Source: Candidatus Hydrogenedentota bacterium (GTDB lineage Bacteria; Hydrogenedentota; Hydrogenedentia; Hydrogenedentales; SLHB01). From it: 16,902 nt of DNA. The stretch spans positions 1 to 16,902 of the forward strand of contig JAWXCN010000107.1 of NCBI GenBank assembly GCA_034408725.1, in the 5' to 3' direction. The position numbers and the translations under genes are program-made. How positions within the stretch are numbered: position 1 is the first letter of the stretch; each line of letters starts with the position of its first letter. This document shows, one piece after another, positions 8,304 to 15,704 of the stretch. The notes beneath the pieces are model-generated. The model was not told the DNA's origin. It worked only from the letters and a program-made list of their open reading frames with translations, and made no database searches.

Positions 8304-9365
8304 ATGAAGGTCGGTATCATTGGGTTTGCCCGTTCCGGAAAGACGACAATTTTCAACGCGTTGACGGGCGCGAAGGCGGCGGTGGGCACGTTTGGGGCGC
8401 GCGAGTCGAACGTGGCGGTTTTGAAAGTGCCGGACGCGCGGTTGGGAAAACTGGCGGAAATCTACAAGCCCAAGAAGATTACGTATGCGGAATTTCAGTT
8501 CATCGACATCGCGCCGAACGAATCCGCGGGCGAACAGAAGGCCCTCGACACCGCGGCGCTGAACGCGTTGAAGCAAGTCGAGGCGCTCGTCCACGTAGTG
8601 CGCGCGTTCAAGAATGAGGATGTAATGCATGCGAATGGCGGCGTGGACGCGCGGCGCGATGCAAAGGCGATGGAAGAGGAATTGCAGCTTGGCGATCTCA
8701 TCGTGGTGGAAAAGCGACTCGAACGCATGGAAAAAGAGCATAAGAAAGGCCAGGAGATGGCCTCTCTTGAGCGGTGCAAAGAGCATCTCGAAGCAGGCAA
8801 GCCGTTGCGCACGCTCGAAATATCCGCGCCGGAACTTCGCGATATCGCCGGTTTCGGGTTCATGTCGTTAAAGCCGCTGATGCTGTTGGGCAACTATGGG
8901 GAGGAATCGATTGGAGCGGAAGACCCGTCGGGCTTGCGCGCATTTGCGGCGGACCTCGACGTTGCGTTGATCGAGCTGAGCGGCGCGCTGGAACTCGAGA
9001 TAGCGCAGTTGTCCGATGAAGAACGCCCGGCGTACCGCGCGGATCTCGGGCTTGGCGAAGAGTCACGCGTCCGGTTTTTGCAAACCTCATACGACATGCT
9101 CGGTCTCATGAGTTTCCTCACGGCGGGCGAACCGGAGGTGCGCGCGTGGACCATTCATAAGAATACGAAAGCGGTAGATGCGGCGGGCAGCATCCATAGT
9201 GATATTGCACGCGGGTTCATCCGCGCAGAAATCGTGAACTACGACCATTTCGTCGCTGCCGGGGGCAGCATGGTGAAGGCGAAAGAGGCCGGCCACGTCC
9301 GCCTTGAAGGCAAGGAATACATCATGCAGGACGGCGATATAGTGTTGTTCCGGTTTAACGTATAG
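8304..9365 (+). CDS. ychF: YchF/Obg-like ATPase, divergent form (353 aa)
   Basis: Start revised to ATG 8304 (AAGGA upstream). MKVGIIGFARSGKTTIFNALTG P-loop, VPDARL..L, LVHVVRAF, and the diagnostic YchF C-terminus AAGSIHSDIARGFIRAE...RLEGKEYIMQDGDIVLFRFNV. Confidence 0.9.
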   Translation: MKVGIIGFARSGKTTIFNALTGAKAAVGTFGARESNVAVLKVPDARLGKLAEIYKPKKITYAEFQFIDIAPNESAGEQKALDTAALNALKQVEALVHVVRAFKNEDVMHANGGVDARRDAKAMEEELQLGDLIVVEKRLERMEKEHKKGQEMASLERCKEHLEAGKPLRTLEISAPELRDIAGFGFMSLKPLMLLGNYGEESIGAEDPSGLRAFAADLDVALIELSGALELEIAQLSDEERPAYRADLGLGEESRVRFLQTSYDMLGLMSFLTAGEPEVRAWTIHKNTKAVDAAGSIHSDIARGFIRAEIVNYDHFVAAGGSMVKAKEAGHVRLEGKEYIMQDGDIVLFRFNV

Positions 9366-9385
9366 CCGCGTATGTTGATTGTGGG

Positions 9386-11521
9386 ATGCACGACACCGAA
9401 CTAGACGTCCTCAAGCGCTACTGGGGCTACGATGAATTTCGTCCCTATCAGCGTGACGCCATCGACTGCGCGCTTGCCAGCCAGGACTCCGTCGTCGTAC
9501 TTCCGACCGGCGGCGGCAAGTCGCTTTGCTACCAGGTGCCCGCATTGATCAAACCGGGGTTGGCCCTGGTCATTTCTCCGCTTATTTCCTTAATGAAAGA
9601 TCAGTTTGACGCATTGAAGGCCGCGGGCGCGCCCGCGGAGTGCATTCACAGTGGCATGACTTTGCCCGAACGCCGGGGTGTTGACCGCGCCGTCCGTGAA
9701 GGCCGCGCGAAATTGTTGTACGTTTCGCCGGAACGGCTGGTGCAACAACCTTTCATTGACTACGTTCGCGCGGCGGGCGTTTCGTTCATCGCGATAGACG
9801 AGGCGCACTGCATCAGCCATTGGGGTCATGATTTCCGGCCCGAGTACCGGCAGTTGCGCGTGTTGCGCCAAGCCTTTCCCGGCGCGTCACTGCACGCATT
9901 CACCGCAACGGCAACGCCGCAGGTGCGCGATGATATCGCTCAGCAGCTTGAACTGCGCGCGCCTAAAGTAATCGTTGGTTCATTCGATCGTCCGAACCTG
10001 ATGTATCGCGTGGTGCGGCGCGCAGCCTTGTTGGACCAGGTCCTTGGCGTGATTGACCGGTACCGCGGCGAAGCAGGGATTGTGTATTGCATTAGCCGCA
10101 AGAATGCGGACGCACTCAGCGATGACCTGCGCGGGCTTGGATACAAGGCGCTGGCGTATCACGCGGGGATGGACGACGGCAGCCGAAAGCGTAACCAGGA
10201 AGCGTTTTCGCGGGACGAAGCGGACATAGTCGTCGCCACGATTGCGTTTGGCATGGGCATCGACAAATCGAACGTGCGTTACGTCATCCACACCGGGTTG
10301 CCCAAATCCATCGAACATTACCAACAGGAAACCGGACGCGCGGGGCGTGACGGGTTGCCGTCCGAATGCTGGTTGTTCTACTCGCCCGCTGATTTCATGA
10401 TGTGGAAGAAGATGGCCGCAAAAATGGAGGGTGGTGGTACTGTTGCGATCGAGAAACTGGAGGACATGCTCCGGTTTGCATCGGGCATGCAGTGCCGGCG
10501 GCGGACGTTGCTGGGATACTTTGGCGAAATCTATGAGGGGGGAAAGTGTGGGGCGTGCGACGTTTGCCTCACGGAAATCGACAGCCACGCGGACGCCACC
10601 CGTATCGCGCGCGCGATCATTTCCTGTGTGAAACAGGTTGGAGACTATGCGGGCCCGACATACACCGCGCAAATTCTCAGTGGTTCACGCGAGGACCGGA
10701 TTCTCAAAAGCCGCTCAAATGAATTGCCGGCCTACGGCGCGCTGCGCGACGAACAGCAATCGACGATTCGCAACTGGATCGAACAACTCGTCGCACAGGA
10801 ATATCTCGTCAAACGGGGCGAATACAACATACTCGCTCCGGGTCCCCGGCTTGCTGATGACCCCGAACTCATCGAGGCGATTATTGGCGCCGTGGCAGTC
10901 ACCGTCAGCCGGGAGCGCAAGGCGGCGAGCGCGCTGGGGTATCCACTTGACAAGGAGCTATTCGATGAATTGCGCGCGCTGCGAAAACGCATCGCGGGCG
11001 CGAGGGGAGTCGCCGCGTTTCTTATTCTCAGCGATGCTTCATTGAACGACATGGCGCGGAAAAAACCGGTAACACCGGCGGCATTCCGCCAAATTTCCGG
11101 AATCGGTGATCGCAAGGCCGCGGATTTCGGCCCGGAATTTATCGCGGCGATTCAGGCGTTCTGCGAGTCGCGCGGCGTGCGAACAGTCATGACGGAGGAG
11201 CTAAAACCGCCGCGCGCGGCGAAACCGGTCGCGCAGGAGTTGGCAAACCGGCTATTTGCCGAGCGCAGAAACATCGAAGACGTAGCGGAACAGATGCAGC
11301 GCGCGCGGTCGACAGTCGAAGGTTACCTTTCGGTCTATGTCGATTCATCAAGTATTTCCGATCCGGAACCTTGGGCAAGCATCGAGACGCTTGAACGGGT
11401 CCGTGAAGCCGCAAAGGACAACGAAGACGGCCGGCTCCGTCCCGTGTTCGAGGCGCTGAACGGTGAAGTGCCGTATTTGCAGATTCGTGTCTGCCTCGCC
11501 TGTATCCGCAACGGGGGATAG
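9386..11521 (+). CDS. recQ: ATP-dependent DNA helicase RecQ (helicase core, Zn/RQC, HRDC, C-terminal HTH)
   Basis: LPTGGGKSLCYQ, SPLISLMKDQ, DEAHCISHWGHDFRPEY, TATA, ATIAFGMGIDK, QETGRAGRDG, CRR...CGACDVC and an HRDC segment LFDELRALRKRIA. Confidence 0.97.
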   Translation: MHDTELDVLKRYWGYDEFRPYQRDAIDCALASQDSVVVLPTGGGKSLCYQVPALIKPGLALVISPLISLMKDQFDALKAAGAPAECIHSGMTLPERRGVDRAVREGRAKLLYVSPERLVQQPFIDYVRAAGVSFIAIDEAHCISHWGHDFRPEYRQLRVLRQAFPGASLHAFTATATPQVRDDIAQQLELRAPKVIVGSFDRPNLMYRVVRRAALLDQVLGVIDRYRGEAGIVYCISRKNADALSDDLRGLGYKALAYHAGMDDGSRKRNQEAFSRDEADIVVATIAFGMGIDKSNVRYVIHTGLPKSIEHYQQETGRAGRDGLPSECWLFYSPADFMMWKKMAAKMEGGGTVAIEKLEDMLRFASGMQCRRRTLLGYFGEIYEGGKCGACDVCLTEIDSHADATRIARAIISCVKQVGDYAGPTYTAQILSGSREDRILKSRSNELPAYGALRDEQQSTIRNWIEQLVAQEYLVKRGEYNILAPGPRLADDPELIEAIIGAVAVTVSRERKAASALGYPLDKELFDELRALRKRIAGARGVAAFLILSDASLNDMARKKPVTPAAFRQISGIGDRKAADFGPEFIAAIQAFCESRGVRTVMTEELKPPRAAKPVAQELANRLFAERRNIEDVAEQMQRARSTVEGYLSVYVDSSSISDPEPWASIETLERVREAAKDNEDGRLRPVFEALNGEVPYLQIRVCLACIRNGG

Positions 11522-11529
11522 ACGCCCCG

Positions 11530-12552
11530 TCATGCGCGGTCCCAATCTGCGAATCGGCGCCTGACCAACAAGTATAAAAAGAAGGGCGCGCCGATGATTG
11601 AGGTGATGATGCCGATTGGGGTTTCGCCGGTCATGAGTTTTCGGGCAAGGATGTCGCAGGCACAGAGGAACGCGCCGCCGGCGATCATGGAGAGGGGCAT
11701 GAGAATCCGGTGGCGTGAGCCGGTGACGGTGCGGACGGCGTGCGGCACGATAAGCCCAACGAACCCGATGGGGCCGACCTTGGACACGATTACACCGGTG
11801 AGTATGGAGCAGGCAAGAAACGTCACGATCTGGAGGCGCCTCACGGAAACGCCGCGGCCCGCGGCAAGTTCTTCGCCAAATCCGAGCTGATCGTATTTGC
11901 CCGCCTGCGCCAGCAGCACAAGCGCGCAGGGCGTCACGCCGATGAGCAGCGCGATGACGGGTTCAAACCCGATCAAATCCACGCCACCCATGAGCCATCG
12001 GTCCATGTTGATCAATTGCTCTGGCCTGGCGAGGTAGCGCAGAAACAAGATACCGGAATTCGCGAGCAGGCCGAGGGTGACGCCCGCGAGCAGCAATACG
12101 AGCGGCGACATGCGCGCGGCGCGCGTGGCCATTGCGTAGATGATCAGTACGTCGATTGCGGCCGCGGCGAATGCCGCCAGTTGCACGAGTGAGAATCCCA
12201 TCACGCTCAACGACGCGCCCACGCCGAGCACGGTAGCGGAATATGCGCCGAGCGCGGCGAAGCTGTCAATGCCGAGCGTATACGGCGTTGCGAGAGGATT
12301 GCGCAGCAACGCCTGAAACGCGCAACCCGCGATTGCGAGTCCGCCTCCCGCGAGCAACGCGAGCAATGTGCGCGGCAGGCGATGGTTCAGGACAATGCTG
12401 AGTTCGGGCGCGGCATGGAGAGGTGTGCCCGCGCGCCATTGTTCCCATGCTGTCCGCAGGTCGATGGACTCCGTGCCAATCGCGACGCTTGCGGCAATCA
12501 GCAACGCGCTTGACAGGGCAACCAGCATCGCGACCACGGCGCGCGGCTTCAT
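11530..12552 (-). CDS. FecCD/BtuC-family ABC permease
   Basis: Start revised to ATG 12552, which forms an ATGA overlap with the ATPase stop. Motifs RLPRTLLA, FQALLRNPLATPYTLG, GPIGFVGLIVPH and PIGIITSIIGAPFFLYLL. Confidence 0.95.
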   Translation of the reverse strand: MKPRAVVAMLVALSSALLIAASVAIGTESIDLRTAWEQWRAGTPLHAAPELSIVLNHRLPRTLLALLAGGGLAIAGCAFQALLRNPLATPYTLGIDSFAALGAYSATVLGVGASLSVMGFSLVQLAAFAAAAIDVLIIYAMATRAARMSPLVLLLAGVTLGLLANSGILFLRYLARPEQLINMDRWLMGGVDLIGFEPVIALLIGVTPCALVLLAQAGKYDQLGFGEELAAGRGVSVRRLQIVTFLACSILTGVIVSKVGPIGFVGLIVPHAVRTVTGSRHRILMPLSMIAGGAFLCACDILARKLMTGETPIGIITSIIGAPFFLYLLVRRRFADWDRA

Positions 12553-13352
12553 GGCGTCACCGGTTGCGCGACATCGACCGTGACAAGCGGTGTGCCGGTA
12601 ATTGGGTGCATACACACGCGGATGGGCGCGCCATAGGCTTCCGACAATAAGGGTTCCGTCACCACTTCCACGGGGGGGCCGGATGCCATGATGCCGCGCG
12701 AGGCGTGGCCCATGACCAGCATGCGGTGCGAGAAGCGCGCCGCCAGATTGATGTCGTGCGTAACGGCGGCGATTCCATATCCCCCAGCGCATAAGCGGCG
12801 CAGCAACGCGAGAATCTCGATCTGGTGATGGATATCGAGCGCCGACGTCGGTTCATCGAGCAGGAGTACGCGCGGTTCCTGCGCGAGCACGCTCGCAAGC
12901 AGCACGCGCTGGCGTTCGCCGCCGGAAAGCGACAGGAAATCGCGATGGCGCAATGCGCGCGTTTCGGTATCGCCGAGACATCGATCAACAATGGCATGGT
13001 CGTGGGCCGCGAGTGTCCCAAAGACGCCGAGATGCGGAAACCGCCCAAGCTGGACGACTTCAATCACGCGCATCGAGAAAATGGGGTTCACGGTCTGCGG
13101 AAGAAAACCCACACGCCGGGCGCGTTCACGAATCGCGATGGAGAGCGCCGGCTTGCCGTTGATCAGCACATTACCTGAAGTTGGCGAGAGCACGCCCGCG
13201 AGAATGCGCAACAGGGTGCTCTTTCCGCAACCGTTCGGTCCGACGATTGTCACGAATTCGCCATCGCCAAGGGATGCGCTGACGTTATCGAGTATGGTCG
13301 CGCCCTGTTCGTAGGCGTGCGCGATTCCGCGTGCTTCGAGCACCGCGCTCAT
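12549..13352 (-). CDS. Iron-complex/cobalamin ABC transporter ATP-binding protein (FecE/BtuD-like)
   Basis: Walker A GPNGCGKS, Q-loop LPQ, signature LSGGERQRV, Walker B LLLDEPTSALD and H-loop THDINLA. Confidence 0.95.
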   Translation of the reverse strand: MSAVLEARGIAHAYEQGATILDNVSASLGDGEFVTIVGPNGCGKSTLLRILAGVLSPTSGNVLINGKPALSIAIRERARRVGFLPQTVNPIFSMRVIEVVQLGRFPHLGVFGTLAAHDHAIVDRCLGDTETRALRHRDFLSLSGGERQRVLLASVLAQEPRVLLLDEPTSALDIHHQIEILALLRRLCAGGYGIAAVTHDINLAARFSHRMLVMGHASRGIMASGPPVEVVTEPLLSEAYGAPIRVCMHPITGTPLVTVDVAQPVTP

Positions 13353-14272
13353 TGAGGGGATGCCGCCGCATCGTGGTGCAGCAATTGCGCGAGACGCGCG
13401 GCAATCAACCCAACGCGAGGGCCTGGCCGCAGCCCGTACGATTCGAGGAAGAGATATACGCGCTGATTTCTGACGGCGGGCAGACCGGCGAGTTCGTTCC
13501 AGTCGGCAATGTAACGCGCCTGCTCTTCGGCGGTCAGGTTTTCGCCCGCATGAAATTCAATGATGACGTCCGGCGCGCGCATGACCACCGTTTCCTTCGA
13601 TGCCTCGAAGTAGGGATTGTCAGTGTCGTTGAAGATCGCGTCGCCACCGGCAATATCCGCGAGTTCGGAGATAAACGACGTTTGGCCAACGGTGAAGAGA
13701 TTATTGAGGTCATGGCTTTGCCGCGCGTTGATGATGAGCAGTTTTACACGGGGCTGGTCCTTCACGGATTCCCGGACGGCATCGAGATCGCCTTCGATGC
13801 GCGCGCACAGTTCATCCGCCTTCGGTGAGCAGCCTAGCGCCGCGCCGATTGATCGGATGCTCGCGTAAATCGTCGCGAGGCTATCCATGTGAGCGTTCAA
13901 GATGGGAATGCGATTTTGTTGCGCGAGCGTGGCGAGTTTTTCCATTTTTCCAGGAAGGATGATTAATTCCGGGGCAAGCGCCGTGATCTTCTCGAGATCG
14001 GGATCGAGATAGCCCCCTACGCGCGTCTTGGCGGCGGCTTCAGGCGGGTAGTCGCAGAAATTGGTGACACCAACGATGCGATCTCCTTCACCGAGCGCGA
14101 AAATGGTTTCCGTTATGTTGGGTCCAAAAGATACGATACCGCGCGCAGGCGCAGGAGGCGCGTCATTGTCCTGGCCACAAGAAATCGCGAGCGCGGCGAT
14201 ACACAGACACCATGCGCGCCAGCATTTTTTGCGTGAGGAGGGTCCGTCGCCGGTAGAAGTGGCGGTATCCAT
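13349..14272 (-). CDS. Helical-backbone substrate-binding lipoprotein (BtuF-like; cobalamin or iron complex)
   Basis: Lipobox-like LAISC, IVSFGPNITETIFALG..DRIVGVTNFCDYP, PDLEKITALAPELII and RPGPR. ATGA overlap with the ATPase start. Confidence 0.9.
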   Translation of the reverse strand: MDTATSTGDGPSSRKKCWRAWCLCIAALAISCGQDNDAPPAPARGIVSFGPNITETIFALGEGDRIVGVTNFCDYPPEAAAKTRVGGYLDPDLEKITALAPELIILPGKMEKLATLAQQNRIPILNAHMDSLATIYASIRSIGAALGCSPKADELCARIEGDLDAVRESVKDQPRVKLLIINARQSHDLNNLFTVGQTSFISELADIAGGDAIFNDTDNPYFEASKETVVMRAPDVIIEFHAGENLTAEEQARYIADWNELAGLPAVRNQRVYLFLESYGLRPGPRVGLIAARLAQLLHHDAAASPQ

Positions 14273-14304
14273 CCGAATTGGCAGCGCGTTGCCGCCGTGC
14301 GGCG

Positions 14305-15156
14305 TTAGCCGCGCATTTGCCCGATGCGCACGGCGACGTCGGTTGCGAACCGCCGGATCAATTCCTGCGCAAAGTCAGCGACGTCCTTGTCGTCATTGGT
14401 GATTAACGGTGTCAGGTCCATGCCGAAAGTAATACCGGTCATTGCGTCTGTCGCGTGCGAGCTGTGGTACGTGGCGTGCGCACGGCGGCGGCCCATGGTG
14501 GCGAGGTCGTAGCGTTTGCCGCCGGCGATCTGCGAGTCGAAGACGCCGATTAATGCCATCTGCAAATTTTCGTGCGCAGAGCAATCGAACGCGACTTTGT
14601 CCGAATCGACCATCCAATCGAGATCGCGCCAGACTTCGCAGCCGTACAACGCCGCGGGGCGTTCCTTGGCAGGAAGCGCGCGAATCGCCTCGATGACTTT
14701 AAGCGTGACGCCGATGTGGGTTTCGTGTTTGTCCGTGAGGTTGTGCGTATACACCACCTCCGGCTTCGCGGCCCGCAGAATAGTAATGAAATCTTCGACG
14801 GGCCGCTGGTCCGCTCCGTCTTTCACGGCTTTGCTGGGATAGTCCAGGAGGAATTGCGAGCCATATTCGCCGACAACAGCGGCTTTTTTTTGTTCGATGG
14901 CGCGGACCGCGCGCATTTGTTCGTCGCTGTAGTTCCGATATACGTCGTCTCGGGGTGAGCCACTTCCGTTTGTTACGACGACACCGCAAAACCACTTTTT
15001 CGTTTGCTGGAAGCATTTGACGATGCCGTCGTAGGCCATTATTTCGAGATCATCCTGGTGCGCGCCGATTGCCAGGTGCGTCGTGCGCGCGAGCGCGGGC
15101 GCGAGATCAACACCGTCCGGCACGAAGACCTGGGCGGTTGAAAGTGTCAGCTCCAT
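14305..15156 (-). CDS. PIG-L/LmbE family metal-dependent N-deacetylase
   Basis: AIGAHQDDLE (HxDD), VVVTNGSG, R..EQ..AA and YTHNLTDKHETH. The start is ATG 15156 (preceded by AGGAGG and GGTGA) or ATG 15168. Confidence 0.88.
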   Translation of the reverse strand: MELTLSTAQVFVPDGVDLAPALARTTHLAIGAHQDDLEIMAYDGIVKCFQQTKKWFCGVVVTNGSGSPRDDVYRNYSDEQMRAVRAIEQKKAAVVGEYGSQFLLDYPSKAVKDGADQRPVEDFITILRAAKPEVVYTHNLTDKHETHIGVTLKVIEAIRALPAKERPAALYGCEVWRDLDWMVDSDKVAFDCSAHENLQMALIGVFDSQIAGGKRYDLATMGRRRAHATYHSSHATDAMTGITFGMDLTPLITNDDKDVADFAQELIRRFATDVAVRIGQMRG

Positions 15157-15676
15157 GCGTTTCACCATCCTCCTGTTTTTCGCGGGGTAATCCCGGCAAC
15201 CGTTTTACCATATAAACGGTGGTCAATGCGCGTTCGCTTGGTTGGCCGATGAGGAACTCCGGTTTCGCGCTTTGTATGCGGAAGCCCAACCGCGTGAAGG
15301 GGACCAACGCGCCCGTCTCCTCAATCGTGTGCAAGGAAAGTACCTTTGCGCGCGATGCATTCGCGATGCGTTCGAGTTCCACCACCAACTTTTGCGCGAT
15401 ACCTTGCCTGCGCATTTTAGGGTGTACGACGAGGTTGAACAGGTGAAAGCGCCGCCCACGGCCGTGAAACGACACTGTGCCCACGATTCGGTTTCCCGCT
15501 ACGGCGACGATGCCGGCGGTCCGGAGTTGGGGGCCGTGCGTTTGCCGCGTTGGCGAAATATGAACGCCCGCGGTTTGCGCAAGATGGCGCGCGCCAATCT
15601 TGATCAACGCGGCGACTGCGCCGGCGTCTTCGAGTTTTTGCGGGCGAATCAGCAGTCCCTTCACGCCATTACCCAT
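15107..15676 (-). CDS. GNAT family N-acetyltransferase
   Basis: N-terminal LIRP...EDAGAVAAL, VAVAGNRIVGTV, acetyl-CoA motif A LVVHPKMRRQGIAQKLV, F.RLGF and VYMVKRL. Fills the gap between the ROK and PIG-L genes. Confidence 0.85.
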   Translation of the reverse strand: MGNGVKGLLIRPQKLEDAGAVAALIKIGARHLAQTAGVHISPTRQTHGPQLRTAGIVAVAGNRIVGTVSFHGRGRRFHLFNLVVHPKMRRQGIAQKLVVELERIANASRAKVLSLHTIEETGALVPFTRLGFRIQSAKPEFLIGQPSERALTTVYMVKRLPGLPREKQEDGETHGADTFNRPGLRAGRC

Positions 15677-15704
15677 CGATTTCCGCGTACAACGCTATCC
15701 GCCG

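Noticed and set aside
11511..11530. ACGGGG/CCCCGT hairpin at the convergent recQ and permease stops, as a bidirectional terminator
   Set aside because: Only a 6-bp stem with no U tract on either strand.
12553..12792. 80-aa N-terminal extension of the FecCD permease
   Set aside because: It lies inside the ATPase gene. The ATGA coupling identifies 12552 as the start.
15165..15200. Programmed frameshift fusing GNAT to PIG-L at the A5 run
   Set aside because: It would need a +1 shift, no correctly phased slippery heptamer is present, and PIG-L has its own RBS.
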